From contig JBFELU010000004.1 of the NCBI GenBank assembly GCA_041551965.1, positions 1,483 through 65,482 of the forward strand: 64,000 nucleotides of DNA, written 5' to 3'. A model generated the notes under the pieces. That model did no database searches. It had not been told where the DNA came from and worked only from the letters and a program-made list of their open reading frames with translations. Shown in pieces: positions 8,801 to 17,129 of the stretch. The stretch's first letter is position 1. Every line of letters begins with the position of its first letter. A program made the translations under genes and the position numbers. This stretch comes from Acidimicrobiia bacterium (GTDB lineage: Bacteria > Actinomycetota > Acidimicrobiia > Spongiisociales > UBA11373).

Positions 8801-9742
8801 ATGGAAGCAACGATTGCCTCGATCGTGGCCGCCGCCGCACCGCTCGTCTACGCCGTGGTGGGGGAGACGATCGCGGAGAAGGCGGGGGTGATCAACCTGT
8901 CACTCGACGGGAGCATCATGCTGTCGGCGATGGCGGGCTTTGCGATCGCGCACATCACCGGCAGCGCCGTCGTCGGCTTCCTGATGGCGATCGCCGTGTC
9001 GGCGGCGGTGGCGGCCCTCATTGCGTTCGCCAGCATCGAGCTCCGGCTGAACCAGATCGCCGTCGGGTTCGTCCTGACCCTGCTCGCCGCCGACCTGTCG
9101 GCGTTCCTCGGCAACTCTTACGTCGGGCTCCAGGGCGAACAGGTCCCGGCCTGGGCGATCCCCGGCCTCTCGAAGATCCCGTTCCTCGGTGAGGTCCTGT
9201 TCAACCACAACCTGTCGGTGTACGGCTCTTTCCTGGTGGTGATCGTCGCCTACCTCTTCCTGTATCGCACCCGGCGGGGGCTCGAGCTGCAGGGAATCGG
9301 GGAGCGCCCGGAAGCGGCGTTCGCCCGGGGGATCCCCGTCAACCGCCTCCGCTATCTCTACACGATCATCGGGGGTGCCCTCGTCGGCATCGCCGGGGCC
9401 GCGTTCTCGCTCGATGTCAAGCTCGGCTGGCGGGAGGGGCTCACCCAGAACTTCGGCTGGATCGCCCTGGCGATCGTGATCTTCGGTGGCTGGCATCCGG
9501 TCCGGGCCGCCGTCGGCTGCTACCTCTTCGGGACGCTCCAGATCGCGGCACTGAAACTCCAGCCGGTATGGCCGGATCTGTCGCAGATCTTGCCGATCAT
9601 GCCGTTTGCGTTGATGATCTTCACTCTGCTTCTGGTCTACCTGGATTGGTTCCGCCGCCTCGGGGACCGGCATCCCGGTTGGCGACGGCTCCTCGCCAGC
9701 GATCCTCCCTCGGCGATCGGCACTCCCTTCCGCCGCGAATAG
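8801..9742 (+). CDS. ABC transporter permease (second subunit)
   Basis: ATG at 8801, preceded by GGAGGA 7 nt upstream and 2 nt after the previous stop. The sequence MEATIASIVAAAAPLVYAVVGE... is hydrophobic and polytopic. Confidence 0.85.
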   Translation: MEATIASIVAAAAPLVYAVVGETIAEKAGVINLSLDGSIMLSAMAGFAIAHITGSAVVGFLMAIAVSAAVAALIAFASIELRLNQIAVGFVLTLLAADLSAFLGNSYVGLQGEQVPAWAIPGLSKIPFLGEVLFNHNLSVYGSFLVVIVAYLFLYRTRRGLELQGIGERPEAAFARGIPVNRLRYLYTIIGGALVGIAGAAFSLDVKLGWREGLTQNFGWIALAIVIFGGWHPVRAAVGCYLFGTLQIAALKLQPVWPDLSQILPIMPFALMIFTLLLVYLDWFRRLGDRHPGWRRLLASDPPSAIGTPFRRE

Positions 9743-9746
9743 CAGA

Positions 9747-10457
9747 TCAGCCGACCGGTTCGCCGATCGTCAGCTCGGCGACCTCGATGCCGCTGCCTTC
9801 CAGGGCGGTGGTGAGCTCGGTGGGCGTGCCGGCGAGGATCGGGAAGGTCCCGTAGTGCATTGGCACCACGGTGGTGACCCCGAGCAGACGGGCGGCGTGG
9901 GCGGCCTGAGCCGGATCCATCACGTAATGCCCGCCGATCGGGAGCAGGGCGACGTCGGGTCGGAAGAGCTCTCCGATGAGCGCCATGTCTCCGAAGACCA
10001 TCGTGTCCCCGGCGTGGTAGATCCTGGCTCCGCCCGGGAACTCGAGGACCCATCCCGCCGGGTCGCCGCCGTCGATGATGCCTTCCTCGCCCGAGATGCC
10101 GCTCGAGTGAACGGCGTCGACCATGGTGCCTTTCACGTCGCCCGGTCCGATCACGGTGCCGCCCTTGTTCAAGCCCACGATGCCCGAGAGGCCGAGCCTC
10201 TCGAGGTGCACCGCGATCTCGTGGATGCAGAACACCTGAGCGCCCTTGTCGGCCAGCGAGGGTGTGTCCCCGAAATGATCGAAGTGGCCGTGAGTGAGGA
10301 ACACGGCATCCACCCGATCCGGGTCCTGCTCCTCGGCGGGGCAGGAAGGATTGCCGTCGAGCCACGGATCCACGAAGACGGTGGTGCCGTCGCCGGTCTT
10401 GAACCGAAACGCGGCGTGACCGAGCCAGGTCATCTCGATGCCCTTGAGGTCCATCAT
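9747..10457 (-). CDS. metal-dependent hydrolase, MBL-fold (UPF0173/UlaG-like)
   Basis: MTWLGHAAF...FLTHGHFDHFGD...HYGTF motifs of the beta-lactamase-fold hydrolases. Confidence 0.8.
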   Translation of the reverse strand: MMDLKGIEMTWLGHAAFRFKTGDGTTVFVDPWLDGNPSCPAEEQDPDRVDAVFLTHGHFDHFGDTPSLADKGAQVFCIHEIAVHLERLGLSGIVGLNKGGTVIGPGDVKGTMVDAVHSSGISGEEGIIDGGDPAGWVLEFPGGARIYHAGDTMVFGDMALIGELFRPDVALLPIGGHYVMDPAQAAHAARLLGVTTVVPMHYGTFPILAGTPTELTTALEGSGIEVAELTIGEPVG

Positions 10458-10496
10458 TCCTCCTCGCGCGTTGGTGGGGAGTCTATGGCTCGAGTT

Positions 10497-11348
10497 TCAG
10501 TCCTCGGCGAAGGGCTCCTCGCCTTCGGTGGTCTCGCGGAGAAAGCGCTCGATCTCGGCGGCGATCTGTTCGCCGGAAGCCACCTCACCCTGGGCATCGG
10601 CGAGAGCCTCGAGCCGTTCCACGAGGGCGACGGCCTCGGGCCGCTCGGCGATGGCCGCATCGAGCCGACGCCGCTGGTCGGCGGCGTCATCCACCAGTGA
10701 CCCCAGGGGAATCGCAACGCCGGCGTGTCGGGCCACCCGTTCCACGATGCTCACCACCCCGGGGTAGTAGACGCCGCCGACGTAGTGAGGCACCCGTGCC
10801 CAGAAGCCGACGGCCGGAATCCCCTGGTCGACGAGCGATCGCTCCACGACGTTCACGGCTGCGGCGGGAACCCGGAGCAGGCCCTCCGGGTAGTTCTCGT
10901 CCTCGGAGAGCAAGTCGCGCTGCGACGCCGTCGTCAGGATCGCCGTCGGCCGCGTATGCGGCGCAGCCCAGGGGATCCCTCCCAGAGAGACGAGTTCGAC
11001 GACACCGAGCGAGGCGGCGAGGTCGGCGACGGCGGATCCGAGTTCCTTCCATCGCCAATTCGGTTCGACCCCGGTCAGCACCAGGATGTCTCGGTCTTCG
11101 ATGCGTCGGCGGCGAACGCTCAACTCCGGCCACTCGATCTGTTGCATCGTTCCCTCGACGAAATCGACCGTTGGTCGGGTGACCCGGTAGTCGTAGAGCG
11201 CATCGGAGTCGAACACGACCGCCGCCGGCTGGTCGTCGGCAATGTGCTTGGCCGCCGCGGTGCCGACGGATCCCGCACTGACCCACCCTTCGAATGCCGC
11301 GATCAGGAGCGGAGCAGTCAGGGGCCCGAGATCCCGGATCTCATACAT
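10497..11348 (-). CDS. PAC2 (proteasome assembly chaperone 2-like) family protein
   Basis: I chose the start at MYEIRDLGPLTAPLLIAAFEGW. The upstream part of the track ORF is S/T/P-rich noise. Confidence 0.7.
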   Translation of the reverse strand: MYEIRDLGPLTAPLLIAAFEGWVSAGSVGTAAAKHIADDQPAAVVFDSDALYDYRVTRPTVDFVEGTMQQIEWPELSVRRRRIEDRDILVLTGVEPNWRWKELGSAVADLAASLGVVELVSLGGIPWAAPHTRPTAILTTASQRDLLSEDENYPEGLLRVPAAAVNVVERSLVDQGIPAVGFWARVPHYVGGVYYPGVVSIVERVARHAGVAIPLGSLVDDAADQRRRLDAAIAERPEAVALVERLEALADAQGEVASGEQIAAEIERFLRETTEGEEPFAED

Positions 11349-11376
11349 CGAGATCAGGGTAGAGGGTGATGATCGT

Positions 11377-12873
11377 TCAGTCGGCGAGGACGTTTCGAGC
11401 CTGAGCAACCCAGGCCTCGATGCGGGATCGAGGGAGTCGGAGGTGGTCGGCGAGTCGATCGAGGTCGGCATCGAGGAGCTCGGTGAGGCTGTGGACTCCC
11501 ATCTCGGCCAGCCGAACTTCATGGGCGGGTCCGATGCCTCGAACGAGCGTGAGTTCTTCGGGCGGGCGGGGGGACTCGCCGCTCATCGGAAGGCTGAGTC
11601 GGAATCGAGTGGTTCCGTTGGTTCGGTGGTAGTCGATTGAACCGCCCATGCCCTCGGCGAGGAGACGGGTGATCGAGAGGCCGAGGCCGACGCTGCCGGT
11701 GATCAGCGGTCGGTCACCGTGGTGGACGAAGGGAGAGAAGAGGCGGTCGCGGATCTCGTCGGGGACTCCCGGGCCGTCGTCGCTCACCGTGAGGGTGTAG
11801 ACGCCGTTCTGCCGGCGTCCGGTGATGTCGAGGTGCTTGCCGCCGTGGCGTCGTGCGTTGGAGATCAGGTTGCGCAGTATCTGGCGCACCCGGAGGGCGT
11901 CGGCCACCACCGTCTCCGGTGCCACCTCGACGTGGATCTCATCCCCGGTTCGCTGGAACTCGCCGACGGTCGTGTTCACCTGGGCGGCGATCGAAGTCGG
12001 TTCGGTGTGGAACGACAGCCGGCCGACCTCGGCCTGGGCGGAGACGAGAAGGTCTTCGACCATGCGCTTCAACTCCGTCGACTGGTCGATCACCACGCCG
12101 TTGAGCTCCTCGGTGAGCCCGGGTTCGAAGTCCGAGTCCTCGATGGCCAGGGCGGCCCCGTAGATGCCGGTCAGGGGCGTGCGCAGTTCGTGGGAGATGT
12201 TGGCGATCAGCCGATCCTTGGACCGGTTGACCTCCCGCTCGTGAGCCAGTTCCGCATCGAGTATCAGCTGGCGGCGGCGGCGCCGCGCATAGGCGAATAA
12301 GCCCAGGAGTGCGATCCCCGGCACGCCGAAGGCCACCATGAATCGGGCGGCGGTGGCGACCCGGCTCGCCTCGCTCGAAGCCTCGGCGATCGCCCGGGCT
12401 CGCCCGTCACGAATCACCACCAGTTCATCGATGAGGACCTCGTACCGGTCGGCGAGCGCGGCGGCCGAATCCGATGCTTCCTCAGTCCGGTCCCCCTCGA
12501 GTTCGGCGATGAGGGCCTCGGAGGCTTCGGTGACTGCGACGACCGCGGCCGTGAGCGCGGGGTCGTCGGCGTCGAGGAGGGCGGTGAGTTCGGAGGCCCG
12601 GGCCTGGATCACCGCCAGGATCTCGCGGGCGTCCTCGACCAGCAGCGCCAGTGACGCCTCGGCTCCGCCGGTCTCGGCGACGAGCAAGGCGCTGCCCAGC
12701 GTGGTGCGGGCGGCGGCGGTGGTGCCCAGCAGTGATTCGGCCCGCTGCTGGACCCGGGCATCGTCGGCCGTCTCGGTGACGCCGTCGGCATTGGTGAAGA
12801 CGAGCGCCAGCGACGCCAGGATCCCGGCGACGGCGACGAGCGCCCCGCCCATCAAATGTCCGGTTCGGTGCAC
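11377..12873 (-). CDS. sensor histidine kinase (HisKA + HATPase_c) with a C-terminal helix-hairpin-helix module; orphan, with no response regulator nearby
   Basis: Single TM helix, H-box ANISHELRTPLTGI, N/G boxes (LISNARRHGG, DDGPGV, GSVGLGLSI), then C-terminal LVRGIGPAHEVRLAEMGVHSLTELL, which is HhH-like. Confidence 0.8.
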   Translation of the reverse strand: MHRTGHLMGGALVAVAGILASLALVFTNADGVTETADDARVQQRAESLLGTTAAARTTLGSALLVAETGGAEASLALLVEDAREILAVIQARASELTALLDADDPALTAAVVAVTEASEALIAELEGDRTEEASDSAAALADRYEVLIDELVVIRDGRARAIAEASSEASRVATAARFMVAFGVPGIALLGLFAYARRRRRQLILDAELAHEREVNRSKDRLIANISHELRTPLTGIYGAALAIEDSDFEPGLTEELNGVVIDQSTELKRMVEDLLVSAQAEVGRLSFHTEPTSIAAQVNTTVGEFQRTGDEIHVEVAPETVVADALRVRQILRNLISNARRHGGKHLDITGRRQNGVYTLTVSDDGPGVPDEIRDRLFSPFVHHGDRPLITGSVGLGLSITRLLAEGMGGSIDYHRTNGTTRFRLSLPMSGESPRPPEELTLVRGIGPAHEVRLAEMGVHSLTELLDADLDRLADHLRLPRSRIEAWVAQARNVLAD

Positions 12874-12942
12874 TGACTAGTGCCTTCGGCTTCGGGCGAA
12901 TGAATCTTGAGAACCGGGGCAGGCCGGGCCGATTCATGCTCG

Positions 12943-13935
12943 ATGAGGTGGAGAAGACTGCTCCGCGCGGCGGCGGTGATTGTTGCCGCTGCTGCGCTCC
13001 TGGGGACACAGACGCTCGTCGGCCCGGCCGCGGCATTGGGCTCACCGGCCGCGGATTCGATCGCCGATGACGAGGGGGGACTGCGAGTCAGCACCGGCGA
13101 TCCGCGGAACGGCGGGGGCAACAACGGCAACGGCGACGGCAACAACGGCAACGGTGGCGGGACCGAGGGTGGTAACCCCGGAAACGGTGGGGGCAACAAC
13201 GGCAACGGCGACGGCACCAACGGCAACGGCAACGGGGCGGTGGAAGACGGCGACGTGGGTGGCGACGGCGGGGATGGGAGCGGCGGTGTGGATGATCCGG
13301 TGAATGGAGATCCGGTGAGTGATGATCCGGGTGGGGGAGGGGGTGTCGACGGCGAACCGGTGGTGGATGATCCGGTCGTCGCGGACCCGGTGAGCGGCGA
13401 TCCGGTTGAGGACGATGCGGGTGATCAAGGTGAGCGGCCGGCGGTGGACATGATGCTGCTCGATGGCTCCATCGAGGATGATCTCCTGAGCGGCGATCCC
13501 ACGGCGGAGGGCGACGGTGGTGACGTCGACGACGCCGGGGACGTGGCGGCCGGGACTCAGGATGACCGCGATCCGAGCGTGGAGGCCATCGAGGCGGAGA
13601 CCGTCGGCGAAGATCCGGTGATGCTGCTCGTGACCGCCACCCCGACGGTGGTCGCTCGAGCCGAGCCGACGATCATCGTCGCCGCCGAAGAAACCGGCGG
13701 CGGTCTGTCCGGTTCCCTCCATCGAGTGCTCGAGCCGGTCCTGCCCCCGGCCCTCGTGGCCGTAGTGGTGTCCCCGTTCGTGATTCTTCAAGCGCTCGGT
13801 GGAGCGCTCACCTCATCGGGTCTGGGGCTGGCACTGCCGATGGCGGTCCTCGTGCTCGGCCTCAGCGGTCGGCGCACCCGGCGCCGGCTGCTGGTGCTCG
13901 ACCTCGATCTGCCCTCCTCCGAGGAATCGACCTAG
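12943..13935 (+). CDS. secreted low-complexity Gly/Asn/Asp-rich repetitive protein with a C-terminal hydrophobic segment and an Arg cluster
   Basis: I chose the ATG at 12943, which gives the signal peptide MRWRRLLRAAAVIVAAAALLG. It is followed by NGNGDGNNGNGGG tandem units, then DPV-rich units, and a C-terminal LGLALPMAVLVLGLSGRRTRRR. Confidence 0.6.
   Translation: MRWRRLLRAAAVIVAAAALLGTQTLVGPAAALGSPAADSIADDEGGLRVSTGDPRNGGGNNGNGDGNNGNGGGTEGGNPGNGGGNNGNGDGTNGNGNGAVEDGDVGGDGGDGSGGVDDPVNGDPVSDDPGGGGGVDGEPVVDDPVVADPVSGDPVEDDAGDQGERPAVDMMLLDGSIEDDLLSGDPTAEGDGGDVDDAGDVAAGTQDDRDPSVEAIEAETVGEDPVMLLVTATPTVVARAEPTIIVAAEETGGGLSGSLHRVLEPVLPPALVAVVVSPFVILQALGGALTSSGLGLALPMAVLVLGLSGRRTRRRLLVLDLDLPSSEEST
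13105..13250 (+). repeat. in-frame tandem DNA repeat (ggcaacaacggcaacggcgacggc-like units) encoding N-G-rich repeats
   Basis: Direct repetition is visible in the sequence. It lies inside the coding sequence and is not CRISPR-like, because the units are contiguous with no unique spacers. Confidence 0.7.
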
Positions 13936-13938
13936 GCG

Positions 13939-14091
13939 TCAGCGTCTCTTGACCGGAAAAAGGTAGGAGCCCGTCACGGAGCTGGTGTGGCCGTCGTCCC
14001 ACAGGACCTCGACCGATTGTCCGTGCACGTCGACCACCTTGCCGCGACGCGGAACCTGGCCGACCCTCTTCGTTAGCTCTTGGACTTGCAT
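13939..14091 (-). CDS. DUF1918-like small protein (shorter start chosen; the track ORF extends to 14190)
   Basis: The C-terminus VHGQSVEVLWDDGHTSSVTGSYLFP matches the V-x-W-D-D-G-H-E signature I remember for DUF1918. The internal ATG at 14091 avoids overlap with the upstream HTTM gene. Confidence 0.5.
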   Translation of the reverse strand: MQVQELTKRVGQVPRRGKVVDVHGQSVEVLWDDGHTSSVTGSYLFPVKRR

Positions 14092-14147
14092 GCCTTTTCG
14101 CAAGCGCACGGCAGCCTCCTCTGCAGCCGATTGTACGCGGCGCTTCG

Positions 14148-15233
14148 TCAGATCCGGGTTGCGGTCCGGACGCCGATCCGTTGATCCCACAAACCGCGGA
14201 GCCCGGGGATGTTGAAGGGAGCCACGATCCAGAAGGTGAGGGGCAGACGCGTGAGCACCACTCGCAGGGCTGCACCGTCCCGGCGAACCTCACCCCGATC
14301 GTGGAGCACCAGCCGGTCTCCCGGTACCACCTCGAACCGGCCGAGCCAGTCGAGCGAGGAAACGACACGGCGCCACCCATACCCGGGCACCTCCAGCCTG
14401 CGGTCTCGATCGCTCGGGGTGGCCCATATGACCAGCGCCGCCAGCGCGGCCCACGAGAACACCTGGACCTCGGCGGTGAGCTCGATGGCCAGATGGAAGG
14501 GGATGGCGACCCAGACGGCGGCGAGCCGGGTGCGCCGGAAGGCCAGGCCCACGGCGATGAACAATTCGGTGGCAACGGCCGCCTTGGCAAACCACCAGTG
14601 GAAACCTTCGCTGCTCACCAGATCGAGCAACCACTCGGGGGTCCCTCTCTCGGCGGCCACGTCCCACCAATATTCGACCCGGAGGCGGGTCACCAGCCCT
14701 CCCCACCAATCCCCGTCGATGAGCTTCGAGAACCCTGATGCTCCATAGACCACGATCACCTCGAAGCGCATCAGCCACAGCGGCCACAGCGCCGCCGGAT
14801 CGGCTCGTCGCCTGCGGAGCAGTGCGTCGACCGAGAGATTGCGCCCCACCGGGAGCAGCGCCAGCCCCACCAGGAGGATCACGAGGAAGGCCCGATTGTG
14901 GTGGAAGTGGGTGACCGACAGGAACAGGTTGTAGCCCACGAAGCCGGCCACATAGCCGGTGGCGGCCCGGGTGAAGAGCCCGATGCTCACCAGAACGGCG
15001 GCGACGACACAGCCGCGGAGCAACAGGAGATAGGTGTGGCGGCCGAGCTCTGGATACCAGGTGAGGAACGGTTCCCAGAAGCGGTCGCGATAGATGAGAC
15101 CGCGGGCGGCCGAGTCCAGGAAGGGCCACAGGTGGAGGATCACCAGTGGCCCGGATGCAATCCGGAGGATCTCGACGGCTCGAACGCTGCCGACGGCGTC
15201 GACGGCACGCGACCAGGCCGTAGCCGGCCTCAT
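14148..15233 (-). CDS. HTTM domain (vitamin K-dependent gamma-carboxylase-like) membrane protein fused to a DCC/DUF393-like C-terminal half
   Basis: The start at 15233 makes an ATGA overlap with the upstream gene's stop. The protein is polytopic and rich in W/WW motifs (LWPFLD, DGDWWGGL, EYWWD), consistent with HTTM. The C-terminus (DGAALRVVLTRLPLTFWIVAPFNIPGLRGLWDQRIG) resembles the C-terminal half of DUF393 without its CxxC. The upstream 232 codons of the track ORF look like noise. Confidence 0.7.
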   Translation of the reverse strand: MRPATAWSRAVDAVGSVRAVEILRIASGPLVILHLWPFLDSAARGLIYRDRFWEPFLTWYPELGRHTYLLLLRGCVVAAVLVSIGLFTRAATGYVAGFVGYNLFLSVTHFHHNRAFLVILLVGLALLPVGRNLSVDALLRRRRADPAALWPLWLMRFEVIVVYGASGFSKLIDGDWWGGLVTRLRVEYWWDVAAERGTPEWLLDLVSSEGFHWWFAKAAVATELFIAVGLAFRRTRLAAVWVAIPFHLAIELTAEVQVFSWAALAALVIWATPSDRDRRLEVPGYGWRRVVSSLDWLGRFEVVPGDRLVLHDRGEVRRDGAALRVVLTRLPLTFWIVAPFNIPGLRGLWDQRIGVRTATRI

Positions 15234-15673
15234 CGTTCCAGATCCCGCTCGGCGCTCGTCAGCACCACCGATCGCGGCCCGCGACCGTTCTCCCAGTAGG
15301 TGACCCGGGCCTCGAGGTATCGAGTCTCCGGGTCGCCCGGGGTATGGGCGGCGACCCAGTCGAGCGCGGCGTCGAGGAACCCGAGAGTGGGGCGGATTCC
15401 GGCATCGGCATGGTGCACTTCGAATGGCCGGCCCAGGCCCCGGCCGGCGACCAGGTCGCTCCAGCGATAGCCACCCGGCCAAGGGTCGCGGACGTCGACG
15501 ATGCGTCCGTCGATGGTGACCCGCACGATCTCGGCTTGCCAGGTGCTCGACTCGGGGAACATCTGAAAGCCGAACACGGCATGGTCGGCACCGTAGGCGC
15601 GCACCACCATGAAGAGCTGGAGGCCGACGGCGATTCCCACCGCCGCCCGGCGCAGCGCGCGGCGCGGCGTCAC
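15230..15673 (-). CDS. small signal-anchored (single-TM) protein of unknown function, translationally coupled on both sides
   Basis: The GTG at 15673 overlaps the TGA of the upstream oxidoreductase (GTGA), and its own stop overlaps the ATG of the HTTM gene (ATGA). The product is MTPRRALRRAAVGIAVGLQLFMVV plus a ~120-aa soluble domain. Confidence 0.45.
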   Translation of the reverse strand: MTPRRALRRAAVGIAVGLQLFMVVRAYGADHAVFGFQMFPESSTWQAEIVRVTIDGRIVDVRDPWPGGYRWSDLVAGRGLGRPFEVHHADAGIRPTLGFLDAALDWVAAHTPGDPETRYLEARVTYWENGRGPRSVVLTSAERDLER

Positions 15674-17094
15674 CGCAGCGATCGGCTGAGTGCCGACCGA
15701 GCCGCGTGGTAACCGCACATGCCGTGCACTCCCGGACCGGGCGGGGTCGCCGCCGAGCACAAATAGAGGTTCGATCGGGGCACCCGGTACGGGTTCGGGC
15801 GCGTGGTCGGCCGGAACAAGGCGCGGAACGGTGTGAAGAGACCACCTCCGATGTCCCCGCCGATGTAGTTGGCGTTGTGTGCCTCGAGGTCCCGGGGGCC
15901 CATGGTGTGCCGGGCGCTGACGACGTCACGGAACCCCGGCGCGAACCGCTCGATCTGGGCCTCGATCCGGTCGGTCATGTCGACGGTCGACCCGTTGGGA
16001 ACGTGGCAGTAGCCCCACGCGGTGTGGCTGCCGTGCGGAGCCCGGGTCGGGTCGAACAGGGATTGTTGGGCCAGGAGCACGAAGGGCCGCTCGGGGTGAT
16101 CCCCGGATCTCACAGTCACCGAGGCGGAGGCGACGTCTTGTATCAATCCCCCGACGTGCACGGTGCCGGCCCTGGTGCACGCCGGGTCGGCCCAGGGGAT
16201 GGGCTCGGAGAGGGCCCAGTCGATCTTGAAGACGCCGGGTCCCGGCCGCCTTCGTTCGAGCCCCGCTCGGTACCGGGATGGCATCTGCTCCCCGGCGATG
16301 GCGGCGAGCGCCTGCGGCGAGACATCGAACAGGACCGCCCGAGCAGGGGGTACGTCGCCGAGCGATCGCACGGTCGCCTCGGTGACGATCGTGCCTCCGA
16401 GTGAGGCGAGGAGTCCGGCCAGGGCGTCGGCGATCGCCTGGGATCCTCCTTGGGCCATCGGCCAGCCGTAGCGGTGGCCTGCTGCCATCAAGGCGAGCGC
16501 GACCCCGCCGGTGACCGCCGTGTCGAGCGGGGCCATTGCATGCGCACCCATGCCGGCGATGAGGCCCCGGGCGCGGCGTCCCTCGAAGCGACGGGCCAGA
16601 CGAGTGGTCGATCGAAGGGCCTTCAACCCGAAGCGGCTCATCGCGATCGGCCGCCGCCATGACCGATTGATGGGTCCCATGAAGGTGGGCGCCGTTGCGG
16701 CCCACGACCCGACGATCGGTTCGATGAGCCGTCGGTACGCGGTTCCGTCGGGACCCAGGCCGAAGGCGGTGGCTTCGATGGATCGGTCCAGGACCGCCGC
16801 CCGAAGTCCTCGGAATGGGTGGGCGGCCGGGATCTCGGGGTGGACCCAGGTGAGGCCATGATCGGCGAGCGGGAGCGAACTCAGGTACGGGGAGCCGACG
16901 GCCAGGGGGTGGATCGCCGAACAGACGTCGTGACGGTGCCCCGGCAAGGTGGTCTCGGCGGTCCGGGTGCCGCCGCCGATCGTGGGCGCCGCCTCCATGA
17001 CCAGCACGCTGCGGCCCGCCCGGGCGATCTCCACTGCGGCCGCCAGGCCGTTTGGCCCGGAACCCACCACCACGGCGTCGTACTCGTAGCCCAC
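15670..17094 (-). CDS. phytoene desaturase (CrtI)-family FAD-dependent oxidoreductase
   Basis: N-terminal dinucleotide fold YDAVVVGSGPNGLAAAVEIARAGRSVLVMEA, with a CrtI-like body. Confidence 0.8.
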   Translation of the reverse strand: MGYEYDAVVVGSGPNGLAAAVEIARAGRSVLVMEAAPTIGGGTRTAETTLPGHRHDVCSAIHPLAVGSPYLSSLPLADHGLTWVHPEIPAAHPFRGLRAAVLDRSIEATAFGLGPDGTAYRRLIEPIVGSWAATAPTFMGPINRSWRRPIAMSRFGLKALRSTTRLARRFEGRRARGLIAGMGAHAMAPLDTAVTGGVALALMAAGHRYGWPMAQGGSQAIADALAGLLASLGGTIVTEATVRSLGDVPPARAVLFDVSPQALAAIAGEQMPSRYRAGLERRRPGPGVFKIDWALSEPIPWADPACTRAGTVHVGGLIQDVASASVTVRSGDHPERPFVLLAQQSLFDPTRAPHGSHTAWGYCHVPNGSTVDMTDRIEAQIERFAPGFRDVVSARHTMGPRDLEAHNANYIGGDIGGGLFTPFRALFRPTTRPNPYRVPRSNLYLCSAATPPGPGVHGMCGYHAARSALSRSLR

Positions 17095-17129
17095 GATGAC
17101 ATTCTGGTCGGTCGTCGTAGCATCGAACC

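Noticed and set aside
13105-13250. Tandem direct repeats considered as a possible CRISPR or minisatellite
   Set aside because: The units are contiguous with no spacers, lie in frame within a coding sequence, and encode NG-rich peptide repeats. This is not a CRISPR array.
14148-15929. 593-aa version of the HTTM ORF
   Set aside because: Its N-terminal 232 codons are R/P/G-rich and overlap the upstream small-TM gene in another frame. A start at 15233 gives a perfect ATGA coupling.
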